Origin: Myxococcota bacterium
GTDB lineage: Bacteria > Myxococcota_A > UBA9160 > SMWR01
Reading direction: 5' to 3'
DNA length: 64,000 bases
Assembly (NCBI GenBank): GCA_036560145.1
Contig: DATBRV010000009.1
Coordinates: 16,189-80,188, forward strand
The notes under the pieces were generated by a model. The model made no database searches and was not told where the DNA came from. It saw only the letters and a list, made by a program, of their open reading frames with translations. Shown here one piece after another: positions 26,178 through 35,440 of the stretch (its first letter is position 1; every line of letters starts with the position of its first letter). A program made the position numbers and the translations under genes.

Positions 26178-28904
26178 ATGCAGCAAGACCCCGAAACCCC
26201 GTCGAACGGGTCTCCCCACAGCCGGCTCGAGGATCTCGTCGCGCGCGGCGTCGCCTGGATGGTCGGCGTCTCCTGCCGACACGCCTGGCTCGTCACGATC
26301 GCGGTGCTGGCCGCGACCGCCGGCATCCTGGTGTACGCGGGCCAGAACCTCGGCATCCACGGCGACACCGAATCGCTCTTCTCGCCCGACCTGCCGTTCA
26401 AGCAGCGCGAGCACCGCTACCTCGAGGTGTTCCCCGCCCAGAACGACAACCTGTTCATCGTCGTCGACGCCACCACCCCCGAGCGCGCCGGCGAGGCCGC
26501 GGCGGCCCTCGCGGCCCGCATGCAGGCGATGCCCGAGCGCTTCCACGACGTCTACCTCCCGGGCGGCGGCGAGTTCTTCGAGCGCCACGCCTTCCTCTAC
26601 CTGAAGACCGAGGAGCTCGAGAAGCTCGCGGACCAGCTCGCCGAGGTGCAGCCCTACATCGCCGAGCTGGCGCTCGACGGAAGCCTGCGCGGTCTCGCGT
26701 CCATGACCGCGCGCGGTGTCCGCGCGGTGCGGGATGGCGACATCGGCGGCGAGCGGCTGGCGTCGATCTTCCAGCACATGGACGAGGCGGTGCGCGCGCG
26801 CAGCGATGGCCGGCACTACGAGCTGTCGTGGGCCGAAGTGCTCGCGAGCGCGGACTTCCCGGGCGATCCGCGGCGGCGCTTCCTGATGGCGCAGCCCGTC
26901 CTCGATCGCAACGACCTTCAGCCCGGCAAGCGGGCGATCCTCGAGGTGCGCCGGGTGGCGGAGGAGCTGGGCCTGACACCGGGCAGCGGCGTCCAGGTCC
27001 GCATCACCGGCGACGTCGCGCTCTCCTACGAGGAGATGGAGGTCGTGCGCGGTCAGGCGGCCAGCTCCGCGATCGGATCGATCGTGCTGGTCGCCCTGCT
27101 TCTCGTGCACAGCCTGCGCTCCGTCCGGCTCTTCCTGGCGACGCTGCTCCTGCTGCTGGTCGGCCTGGTCTGGACCGCCGGGTTCGCGACCCTCTCGGTG
27201 GGGCGTCTCAACCTGATCTCCTCGTCGTTCGCCGTGATCTTCATCGGGCTCGGCGTCGACTTCGGCATCCATCTCTGTCTCCGCTACAACGAGCTGCTCT
27301 CGCAGGTCCGTTCCCACACGCATGCGATGCGCGGAGCCGCCTACGACGTCGGGACGTCGATCGTGCTGGGCGGAGCTACGACGGCGATCGGATTCCTGGC
27401 ATTCATCGGGACCGGCTTCGTCGGCGTCGCCGAGCTCGGCATCATCTCGGCGGGCGGCCTGGTGGTGAGCGTCTTCCTCACCTTCACGCTGCTGCCCGCG
27501 CTGATGAGTCTGCGGCCGCGGCCGGCGGACGCCGTCGACCGCTCGGAGGCTGGCTGGTCGGGGGCGCGCCTCTCCGCGCTGCCCATCCGCCACCCGCGCT
27601 TCGTGCGCACCGCCGCGCTCGCGTTAGGGGTCGGCTCCATCCTGCTGCTCCCGCTCGCGCGCTTCGACAACAACCCGCTCAACGTTCGCGATCCCTCGAG
27701 CGAATCCGTGCGCACCTTCAACGATCTGCTCGAGAAGGGCGGCACCTCGCCCTGGACGCTGGACGGCGTGGCGCCGGATCTGGCCACCGCGGAGGCGATC
27801 GCCCAGCGTGTGCGCGGCCTCGACGTGGTCGACCGCGTGGTGACCGTCGCCGACTACATCCCGTCGGACCAGGACGAGAAGCTCGACATCATCGGCGACG
27901 TCCGGCTCTTCATGGCGCCGACGCCCGGCCCCGGTGGCCTGCCCGAGCCCGCCACCCAACAGGAGCAGATCGACGCGCTGAAGCAGCTCGAGGCGGAGAT
28001 CGGCGCGCTGGTCGCCAGCGGCGCGCCGCCGGCGCTCGCGGCGCCCTCGCAGCGGCTCCACGAGAGCCTGGGCGCCTATCTCGCGAAGCTCGCGTCGGAC
28101 CAGCTGCCGGTCTCGTCCGTCGGGGATCTCGAGGCGAGCCTGATGGGCACGCTGCGCGAGCAGCTGCGCATCCTCGACGCCGCGCTCACGGCGGGGCACG
28201 TCACGCTCCAGAACCTTCCCGGCGCGCTGCGGGAGCGGATGATCACCGCGGACGGGCGCGTGCGCGTGCAGATCTTCCCCCGCTACGACATCGGGGACCG
28301 CAAGAACCTGGCCGCCTTCGTCGACCAGGTGCGCGAGGTGATGCCCGAGGTGGCCGGCAGCGCGGCCGAGGTGCTCGAATCGGGCCGCGCGGTGGTGCGC
28401 TCGCTCCAGCAGGCGCTGCTGGGAGCGGTGGTCGCGATCACGATCGTCCTGCTGCTCGTCTGGCGCCGGATCGACGACACCGCGCTGGTGCTGATCCCGC
28501 TCTTCCTGGCGGCCGCGCTGACGGTCGCGACCACGGTGCTCTTCGACATCCCGTTCAACTTCGCGGACGTGATCGTGCTGCCGCTGCTGCTCGGCATGGG
28601 CGTCGACAGCTGCGTCCACCTGATCCACCGCGCGCGCTTCCCGATCGCGCACGACCAGGGCATCCTGGGGACGAGCACGGCCAGGGCGGTCTTCTACAGC
28701 GCGCTCACCAGCATCTTCGGCTTCGGCACGATGGGCTTCGCGTCGCACGTGGGGCTGGCGACGCTCGGCCAGATGCTCACGCTCGGCGTCACCTACTCGA
28801 TGCTGTGCAACATGGTGGTGCTGCCGGCGCTGATCTCGCTGCGCAGCGAACGCCAGCGCAGGATCGCGGGGCCGAGCGCGCCGGCGCAGGCCGACGGCGC
28901 CTAG
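26178..28904 (+). CDS. hpnN: MMPL/RND-superfamily lipid transporter, HpnN-like
   Basis: 908 aa. The N-terminal region ESLFSPDLPFKQREHRYLEVFPAQNDNLFIVVDATTPE...FFERHAFLYL and its two 6-TM MMPL halves match remembered HpnN proteins. Confidence 0.8.
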   Translation: MQQDPETPSNGSPHSRLEDLVARGVAWMVGVSCRHAWLVTIAVLAATAGILVYAGQNLGIHGDTESLFSPDLPFKQREHRYLEVFPAQNDNLFIVVDATTPERAGEAAAALAARMQAMPERFHDVYLPGGGEFFERHAFLYLKTEELEKLADQLAEVQPYIAELALDGSLRGLASMTARGVRAVRDGDIGGERLASIFQHMDEAVRARSDGRHYELSWAEVLASADFPGDPRRRFLMAQPVLDRNDLQPGKRAILEVRRVAEELGLTPGSGVQVRITGDVALSYEEMEVVRGQAASSAIGSIVLVALLLVHSLRSVRLFLATLLLLLVGLVWTAGFATLSVGRLNLISSSFAVIFIGLGVDFGIHLCLRYNELLSQVRSHTHAMRGAAYDVGTSIVLGGATTAIGFLAFIGTGFVGVAELGIISAGGLVVSVFLTFTLLPALMSLRPRPADAVDRSEAGWSGARLSALPIRHPRFVRTAALALGVGSILLLPLARFDNNPLNVRDPSSESVRTFNDLLEKGGTSPWTLDGVAPDLATAEAIAQRVRGLDVVDRVVTVADYIPSDQDEKLDIIGDVRLFMAPTPGPGGLPEPATQQEQIDALKQLEAEIGALVASGAPPALAAPSQRLHESLGAYLAKLASDQLPVSSVGDLEASLMGTLREQLRILDAALTAGHVTLQNLPGALRERMITADGRVRVQIFPRYDIGDRKNLAAFVDQVREVMPEVAGSAAEVLESGRAVVRSLQQALLGAVVAITIVLLLVWRRIDDTALVLIPLFLAAALTVATTVLFDIPFNFADVIVLPLLLGMGVDSCVHLIHRARFPIAHDQGILGTSTARAVFYSALTSIFGFGTMGFASHVGLATLGQMLTLGVTYSMLCNMVVLPALISLRSERQRRIAGPSAPAQADGA

Positions 28905-28910
28905 CTCGAT

Positions 28911-28950
28911 GAGCTTCGCTCGCCTGCGGCTCGCTGCGCGCTTGGCTCGC
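28911..28950 (+). repeat. Dispersed intergenic repeat, single copy
   Basis: GAGCTTCGCTCGCCTGCGGCTCGCTGCGCGCTTGGCTCGC, between the convergent stops at 28902-28904 and 28957-28959. Confidence 0.8.
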
Positions 28951-28956
28951 TGACGG

Positions 28957-29817
28957 CTAGCCCTCTCCCAGCACGAAGGCGGCAACGGCATCGCGGAAGC
29001 CGTCGGGATTGTCCGTCATCACCGAGTGCCCGGCGCGCGCCACCACCGCGAGCGAGCCCTTGGGCAGCACCTCGTGCGCCATCCGCTCCGCGACGTCCGC
29101 CGAGAGCACGTCCGAGGCCGCGCCGCGCACGACCAGCGTCGGACACGGGATCTTCGCCAGCGCCTCCCACTGGGCGCGCGTGAGGTCCTCCTCGGACGAG
29201 GTGCGCGCGGGCTGGCCGCGCGCGGCGCCGCGCAGCGCGGGATCCAGCTTGGGGGCGAAGCGCCCGTTCTCGAGCTTGCGCAGGCCGTGCCGCGCCATGC
29301 GCTGGAGCGCGTGCGGCTGCGCGGCCGGGTAGTTCAGCGAGAGCAACCGCGCGAACTCGTCCACCGATCCGAAGCTTGGCTCCCGGTTCGACTCGATCTC
29401 CATCTTGATCCGGGTGGTGCCGCGCGGGTCGAGCTCGGGCCCGATGTCGACCAGCACCAGCCCCGCCATGCGCTCAGGGTGGCGGCCGGCGAACAGCGTC
29501 GCGACGCGCCCGCCGAGCGAGTGGGCCACCAGCACCAGACGCTGGATCCCGAGCGCGTCGGTGACCGCTTCGACGTCGCGCACCAGGCTGTCGTGGTCGT
29601 AGCGGCCCTGCGCGTCCCAGGCCGAGTCGCCGTGTCCGCGGTGGTCGAGGGCGAGCGTGCGGTAGAAGGGCGCGACGGTGGGCGCGAAGTCGTCCCAGAT
29701 GTGGGCCTCGTTGCCGAAGCCGTGCAGCAGGAGCAGCGGGACGCCCTGCGCGCTCCATTCGAGCAGATGCAGGTCGATGCCCCCGTCGCCGCGCACGCGT
29801 TTCGAGACCGGCTGCAT
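28957..29817 (-). CDS. Alpha/beta hydrolase
   Basis: The ORF was trimmed to MQPVSKRVRG... Contains LLLLHGFGNEAHIW, RGHGDS and AHSLGG. Confidence 0.8.
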   Translation of the reverse strand: MQPVSKRVRGDGGIDLHLLEWSAQGVPLLLLHGFGNEAHIWDDFAPTVAPFYRTLALDHRGHGDSAWDAQGRYDHDSLVRDVEAVTDALGIQRLVLVAHSLGGRVATLFAGRHPERMAGLVLVDIGPELDPRGTTRIKMEIESNREPSFGSVDEFARLLSLNYPAAQPHALQRMARHGLRKLENGRFAPKLDPALRGAARGQPARTSSEEDLTRAQWEALAKIPCPTLVVRGAASDVLSADVAERMAHEVLPKGSLAVVARAGHSVMTDNPDGFRDAVAAFVLGEG

Positions 29818-29828
29818 GGCGGAAGATC

Positions 29829-30623
29829 CTAACCGATCCGCGCGCTCTGCCCTCCGTCGACCGGCAGCATCACGCCCGTGATGAACCTCGCCTCGTCGGA
29901 GGCGAGGAACAAGGCCGCGAAGGCCACGTCCCAGGCCGTCCCCATCTTCGCGCCCAGCGGAACGCTCTTGTCCCGCTTGCGGATGATCTCCTCCCTGGGA
30001 ATCCCGCGCGCCTGCGAGATGCCCTCGATCGCCATCGGCGTGTTCATCAGGCCCGGCAGGATCGCGTTGGCGCGGATGTTGTACTTCGCGTTCTCCATGG
30101 CGATCTGGTGCGTGAGCGCGTTGACGCCCGCCTTGGAGGTCTTGTAGGCCACGATGCCGGTCGAGCAGACCGACGCGATCGAGGAGATGTTGAGGATGCA
30201 GCCGCTGCGCTGCTCCCGCATCACGGGCAGCGCGCTGCGCGACGAGAAGAAGATCCCCTTGAGGTTCACGTCCATGATCCGGTCCCAGGACTCCTCGCTG
30301 AGGCTCAGGATCTCGTCGTCGCTCCCGCCGATGCCGACGTTGTTGTGCAGGACGTCGAGGCGTCCGTAGGCGTCGACGGCGGCCCGGACGAAGGCGTGGC
30401 AATCCTCTTCGCGGGTCACGTCGGCCCGGACCGCGAAGCACGTCCCGCCTTCGGCTTCGACCAGACGCTGCGTCTCGCTCGCCGACTCGAAATCGCGGTC
30501 GACCAGCACGACGCGGGCGCCCTCGCGCGCAAACAGGAGCGCGGTCGCGCGGCCGTTGCCGATGGTCTCGCCGGGCGTCTGCCCGGCTCCCACCACGACC
30601 GCCACCTTGTCCTTCAGTCTCAT
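29829..30623 (-). CDS. SDR family oxidoreductase
   Basis: Contains VVGAGQTPGETIG, NNVG and the catalytic Y-x3-K (YKTSKAG). Confidence 0.85.
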   Translation of the reverse strand: MRLKDKVAVVVGAGQTPGETIGNGRATALLFAREGARVVLVDRDFESASETQRLVEAEGGTCFAVRADVTREEDCHAFVRAAVDAYGRLDVLHNNVGIGGSDDEILSLSEESWDRIMDVNLKGIFFSSRSALPVMREQRSGCILNISSIASVCSTGIVAYKTSKAGVNALTHQIAMENAKYNIRANAILPGLMNTPMAIEGISQARGIPREEIIRKRDKSVPLGAKMGTAWDVAFAALFLASDEARFITGVMLPVDGGQSARIG

Positions 30624-30671
30624 CGCCGGATCTTAAGCCCCCGGGCGACGGGACTGCTAGCGTGAGGCCCC

Positions 30672-32084
30672 GTGCCGGCTCCCGAGAAGGTGATGGCTGC
30701 GCTCGAGCGCGGCTTCGACCAGGCGCTCGCCGACCTGGTCGAGCTGGCGCGGATCCCCGGCGTCTCGGCGCCCGGCTTCGACCCCGAGCAGGTCGAGCGC
30801 TCCGCGGAATGCGTGGCGCGGCTGCTCGAGCGCTCGGGGCTGGACGCGGTCGAGCTGCTGCGGCTCCCGGGCGCGCACCCCTACGTGGTGGCCGAGAAGC
30901 GCGCGGCGCGCGAGGGCGCGCCCAGCGTGCTGGTGTACGCGCACCACGACGTGCAGCCCCCCGGCCGCGCCGATCGCTGGCGGACGCCGGCCTTCGAGCC
31001 GACGCTGCGCGGCGACGGCCGCCTCTACGGCCGCGGCGTGGTCGACGACAAGGCGGGCCTGCTGCTCCACCTCGCGGCGCTGCGGGCCTGGCTCGCGGCC
31101 GAGGGCGCGCCGCCCGTGCACGTGAAGCTGATCGTCGAGGGCGAGGAGGAGATCGGTTCGGGACACCTGGCCGAGTTCCTGCGCCGTCACCACGGGAGGC
31201 TGGCGGCCGACGTGGTGGTGCTCTCGGACACCGCGAACCTCGCCACCGGTGTGCCCGCCCTCACCACCAGCCTGCGCGGACTGGTCGCGATCGACGTGAC
31301 GGTGCGCGCGCTCGACCATCCCATCCACAGCGGCTTCTGGGGAGGCCCGGTGCCGGATGCGGCGACGGCGCTCGCGCGGCTGCTGGCGCGGCTGCTCGAC
31401 GACGGCGGCGTGATCCAGGTGCCCGGCCTGCTGGACGACGTCCCGGTGCTCGACGCGGGCGAGCGCGCCGCGCTGGCGGCGCTGCCCTGCGACGAAGCGG
31501 CCTTTCGCGCCGACGCCGGGATGCTGCCCGGCACGCGCTTCACGGGCGAGCCGGAGCGCAGCCTCTACGAACGCCTGTGGTACCGGCCGAGCCTCGCCTT
31601 CACCGCGCTCGAGGGGATGCCGCTCGCGACTGCCGCCAACCAGCTGATCGCCGAGGCCAGCGCGCGGGTCGGCGTGCGCCTCGCGCCCGGACAGGACGCC
31701 GAGCGCGCGGCGCGCCTGGTCCTCGAGGCGCTGCGCCGGGATCCGCCCGCCGGCGTCGAGGTCCGCACGCACGTGGTGACGGCGACGCCCGGCTGGAAGA
31801 CCGCGGCGCGCAGCCCCGCGTTCGCCGCCGCCCGCCGTGCGCTCGCCGCCGGCTACGGCCGCGACGCGGTCGAGATCGGCTGCGGCGCCTCGATCCCGTT
31901 CGTCGGGCCGTTCTGCGAGGTGCTGGGCGGCGCGCCGGCGCTGCTGCTGGGGCTCGAGGATCCGCCCTGCAACGCCCACGGCGAGAACGAGAGCCTCGAC
32001 CTCGACGATTTCCGCCGCGCCGCGCGCGCTTCCGCCCACCTGCTCGCGGAGCTCGCGGCGATTCCGCGCGCGGAGCTGCGCTAG
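30672..32084 (+). CDS. M20 family dipeptidase
   Basis: Contains VYAHHDVQP, GRGVVDDKAG and IVEGEEEIGS. An alternative ATG start lies at 30693. Confidence 0.8.
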   Translation: MPAPEKVMAALERGFDQALADLVELARIPGVSAPGFDPEQVERSAECVARLLERSGLDAVELLRLPGAHPYVVAEKRAAREGAPSVLVYAHHDVQPPGRADRWRTPAFEPTLRGDGRLYGRGVVDDKAGLLLHLAALRAWLAAEGAPPVHVKLIVEGEEEIGSGHLAEFLRRHHGRLAADVVVLSDTANLATGVPALTTSLRGLVAIDVTVRALDHPIHSGFWGGPVPDAATALARLLARLLDDGGVIQVPGLLDDVPVLDAGERAALAALPCDEAAFRADAGMLPGTRFTGEPERSLYERLWYRPSLAFTALEGMPLATAANQLIAEASARVGVRLAPGQDAERAARLVLEALRRDPPAGVEVRTHVVTATPGWKTAARSPAFAAARRALAAGYGRDAVEIGCGASIPFVGPFCEVLGGAPALLLGLEDPPCNAHGENESLDLDDFRRAARASAHLLAELAAIPRAELR

Positions 32085-32108
32085 ATTCGAAGCATCCCAG
32101 GAGGAGCC

Positions 32109-34379
32109 ATGCCTGCCATCGAGACGACGCCGGAGCTGGTCCGGTCGGTCTACGCACGGCTCGCGCGCAACCTCTCGAGCCTGCGCGCGCGCCTAGGTCG
32201 TCCGCTCACCTACGCCGAGAAGGTCTTCCTCGGCCACCTCGCCGATCCCGAGCACGCCGAGATCGCTCCCGGCCGAAGCTACATGGACACGCGCCCCGAC
32301 CGGGTCGCGATGCAGGATGCCACGGCGCAGATGGCGCTGATGCAGTTCATGCTGACCGAGCGCGACGAGACCGCCGTCCCCACCACCGTGCACTGCGATC
32401 ACCTGATCCAGGCGTATTCCGGGGCGGCCGCCGACATGCGCACGGCGCAGAACACGAACCGCGAGGTCTACGAGTTCCTGCGCACCGCGTCGGCGCGGCA
32501 CGGCATCGGCTTCTGGGGCCCCGGCGCGGGGATCATCCACCAGGTCGTGCTCGAGAAGTACGCATTCCCCGGCGGCATGATGATCGGCACCGACTCGCAC
32601 ACGCCCAACGCGGGCGGCCTCGCGATGTTCGCCTGCGGCGTGGGCGGCGCCGACGCGGTCGACGTGATGGCGGGCTTTCCGTGGGAGGTGCTCTGCCCGA
32701 CGCTGGTGGGTGTACGCCTGACCGGCAAGCTCGGCGGCTGGACGGCGCCCAAGGACGTGATCCTCAAGGTCTGCGAGATCCTCACGGTGCAGGGCGGCAC
32801 CAACCGCGTGATCGAGTACTTCGGCCCCGGCACGCGCAGCATCTCCTGCACGGGCAAGGGCACCATCACCAACATGGGCGCCGAGCTGGGGGCGACCACG
32901 TCGATCTTCCCGTACGACGAGCGGATGGCGGTCTATCTCGGCGCGACCGGCCGCGAGGCGATCGCGAAGCTCGCGGGGGCGAACGCGGAGCTGCTCTGCG
33001 CCGATCCCGAGGTCGAGGCGCACCCCGAGCGCTTCTTCGAGCAGGTGATCGAGATCGACCTCGCCAGGCTCGAGCCCCACATCGTCGGGCCGCATACCCC
33101 CGATCTGGCGCGGCCGGTCTCGCGGATGGCGGCGGACGCGAAGGAGCACGGCTACCCGGATCACCTGAGCTCGACCCTGATCGGGAGCTGTACCAACTCC
33201 TCCTACGAGGACCTCGAGCGCGCCGCCGACGTCGCGCGCCAGGCCCGCGCGCACGGCGTCCGCGCGAAGACGGCGCTGTGGGTCACGCCGGGCTCCGAGC
33301 AGATCCACCAGACGATCCGCCGCGATGGACAGCTGGCGGACTTCGAGGCGGTGGGCGCCACCGTGCTCGCGAACGCCTGCGGGCCCTGCATCGGCCAGTG
33401 GAAGCGCGACGACGTGAAGGAAGGCGACGCGAACTCGATCCTGAATTCCTACAACCGGAACTTCAAGCGCCGCAACGACGGCAACGCGAGCACCTACTCG
33501 TTCATCGGCAGCCCCGAAATCGTGGTGGCCTACGCGCTCGCGGGTCGCCTCTCGTTCGACCCGCTGCACGACGAGCTGGAGGGCGGGGACGGCAAGCGCT
33601 TCAAGCTCGCGCCGCCCGCGCCGGCGCCGGAGATCCCGGCGCGCGGCTTCGTGATGAGCGAGGCCGGCTACGCGGCGCCGCCGGCCGATCGCCGCGGGGT
33701 TCGCGTCGAGGTCGCGCCGGACAGCCAGCGCCTCCAGCGCCTGACGCCCTTCCCGGCCTGGGACGGCGCCGACTTCCTGCGCCTGCCGCTGCTGCTCAAG
33801 GCCAAGGGCAAGTGCACGACAGACCACATCTCGCCCGCCGGCCCCTGGCTGCGCTTCCGCGGCCACCTCGAGAACATCAGCGACAACCTCTTCAGCGGGG
33901 CCGTGAACGCCTTCACGGGCAAGTCGGGCGAGGGGCTCGACCAGCTCTCCGGGCAGGCCGGCGAAGGCTTCTCGAAGATCGCGCGTCACTACCGCGCGGA
34001 AGGCCTGCGCTGGGTCGTCGTCGGCGACGACAACTACGGCGAGGGATCGAGCCGCGAGCACGCGGCGATGTCGCCGCGCCTGCTCGGCTGCGCGGCGGCG
34101 ATCGTGCGGAGCTTCGCGCGCATCCACGAATCGAACCTCAAAAAACAGGGCGTGCTGCCGCTGGTGTTCGCGAATCCCGCGGATTACGACGCGGTGCGCG
34201 AGACCGACCGCGTGAGCGTGACGGGGCTGGCGGGGCTCGCCCCCGGCCGGCCGCTGCGCGTGATCTTTCACCACGCGGACGGGAGCGAGAGCCCGGTCGA
34301 GACGCGCCACACGCTCTCGGCCGAGCAGATCGCCTGGTTCCGCGCCGGCTCGGCGCTGAACCTGCTGAGGCAGAAGTAG
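32109..34379 (+). CDS. acn: Aconitate hydratase (756-aa, mitochondrial-type length)
   Basis: An AGGAGG SD precedes the start. Contains HCDHLI, GTDSHTPNAGGL, GSCTNSSYEDL, NACGPCIGQW and GEGSSREHAA. Confidence 0.95.
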   Translation: MPAIETTPELVRSVYARLARNLSSLRARLGRPLTYAEKVFLGHLADPEHAEIAPGRSYMDTRPDRVAMQDATAQMALMQFMLTERDETAVPTTVHCDHLIQAYSGAAADMRTAQNTNREVYEFLRTASARHGIGFWGPGAGIIHQVVLEKYAFPGGMMIGTDSHTPNAGGLAMFACGVGGADAVDVMAGFPWEVLCPTLVGVRLTGKLGGWTAPKDVILKVCEILTVQGGTNRVIEYFGPGTRSISCTGKGTITNMGAELGATTSIFPYDERMAVYLGATGREAIAKLAGANAELLCADPEVEAHPERFFEQVIEIDLARLEPHIVGPHTPDLARPVSRMAADAKEHGYPDHLSSTLIGSCTNSSYEDLERAADVARQARAHGVRAKTALWVTPGSEQIHQTIRRDGQLADFEAVGATVLANACGPCIGQWKRDDVKEGDANSILNSYNRNFKRRNDGNASTYSFIGSPEIVVAYALAGRLSFDPLHDELEGGDGKRFKLAPPAPAPEIPARGFVMSEAGYAAPPADRRGVRVEVAPDSQRLQRLTPFPAWDGADFLRLPLLLKAKGKCTTDHISPAGPWLRFRGHLENISDNLFSGAVNAFTGKSGEGLDQLSGQAGEGFSKIARHYRAEGLRWVVVGDDNYGEGSSREHAAMSPRLLGCAAAIVRSFARIHESNLKKQGVLPLVFANPADYDAVRETDRVSVTGLAGLAPGRPLRVIFHHADGSESPVETRHTLSAEQIAWFRAGSALNLLRQK

Positions 34380-34418
34380 CAAGCGAAGCGCGCAGCGAGC
34401 CGCAGGCGAGCGGAGTTC
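34379..34418 (-). repeat. Dispersed intergenic repeat, single copy, inverted orientation
   Basis: GCAAGCGAAGCGCGCAGCGAGCCGCAGGCGAGCGGAGTTC. It starts on the G of the aconitase TAG stop. Confidence 0.85.
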
Positions 34419-34456
34419 GGGTGGCGCGCGGCCGCCCGCGCGCCGGGACCCAATGG

Positions 34457-35380
34457 CTAGGAGCTCTTCCGCGGGGGATCGAGCAGCACGAGCTGGCCGG
34501 CTTCGCGGCCGGCCGAGCGCACGGGCGCGCTCTCGAAGCGGAGCGCCGCGTCCGCCTGCGCCAGCACCGATTCGAGATTGCGGCCGAGGGCCTGTTTCTC
34601 GGAGATGCCGAGGCGGCGCTGCGCGGCGGGGTTCACGTCGATCACGGTGCCGCGCCGGTCGGTCAGCAGCACGCCGAAGGGCAGGTGCTCGATCAGATCG
34701 TGCTGCGAGACGGGCAGCGCCTGGAGGATGCCGCCGGAGAAGACCGCGCTGCGCAGCGCGAGCAGGGTGAAGGCGAGTAGCAGGGGCGAGGGATCGACCG
34801 GCCAGGTTCGGCCGGCCGCGATCCAGGCCGCGTTGCCGAGCACCGGCACCAGGCCCATCGCGCCCACCCCGACCAGCCAGCGCGCGTGCGGGACGCGGCG
34901 CCGCTTGATCCCGGCCCAGATGAAGACGATCGAGCCCGTGGTGGCGATCACCAGCGAGTAGGCCCAGCTCACCAACCAGAGCGGCCCCGGCATCTGGGTC
35001 CCGTCCGGCCCATACGAGACGAAGAGGCTGCTCCAGACGCCGGCCCAGAGCAGCGAGTAGATGGCGAGGTGGGGTGCGATCAGCACAGCCGGGAACCAGG
35101 GCACCCGGCGCGCGAGGTCGAGCTCGCCCACGCGCGCCGCCGCCGCCAGCCAGAGGGGCGGAAGCGCCAGGATTCCGAGCACCTGGATGCGGTCGCCGTT
35201 CAGGGGGCCGACCACGCCGCGCAGCTCGAGGATCTCCCCCAGGCACCAGACGACGATCGCGAGGTTGAGGCCAAAAAAGGTTCGCCGCCCGGGGGTGACG
35301 TGGTCCCGCTGCCAGACCCCCAGCGCAATCCAGGCGGCCAGCAGCAGCACCAGCTCGAGCATCAGCGCGTGGAGCCACAT
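34457..35380 (-). CDS. 7TM membrane sensor domain + PAS domain protein with no output domain
   Basis: About 7 hydrophobic helices resemble the histidine-kinase N-terminal 7TM module. They are followed by the PAS-like DLIEHLPFGVLLTDRRGTVIDVNPAAQRRLG. The protein ends without HisKA, HATPase or GGDEF. Confidence 0.6.
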   Translation of the reverse strand: MWLHALMLELVLLLAAWIALGVWQRDHVTPGRRTFFGLNLAIVVWCLGEILELRGVVGPLNGDRIQVLGILALPPLWLAAAARVGELDLARRVPWFPAVLIAPHLAIYSLLWAGVWSSLFVSYGPDGTQMPGPLWLVSWAYSLVIATTGSIVFIWAGIKRRRVPHARWLVGVGAMGLVPVLGNAAWIAAGRTWPVDPSPLLLAFTLLALRSAVFSGGILQALPVSQHDLIEHLPFGVLLTDRRGTVIDVNPAAQRRLGISEKQALGRNLESVLAQADAALRFESAPVRSAGREAGQLVLLDPPRKSS

Positions 35381-35440
35381 CCGGCCTCAACTCCCGCAGG
35401 GCTTATCGTCCGCCCGCGGCAAGGCGTGAGGCCGAGTAAC

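Noticed and set aside
30662-35390. Very long ORFs in alternative frames or on the opposite strand: 30662-34780 (+, 1372 aa) and 32193-35390 (-, 1065 aa). Others are 1299-3875 (+), 44093-47350 (-), 22004-24265 (-) and 61719-63824 (-).
   Set aside because: Their translations are Arg/Ala/Gly/Pro-rich low-complexity sequence typical of shadow ORFs in high-GC DNA. Each overlaps a gene with clear family motifs in another frame.
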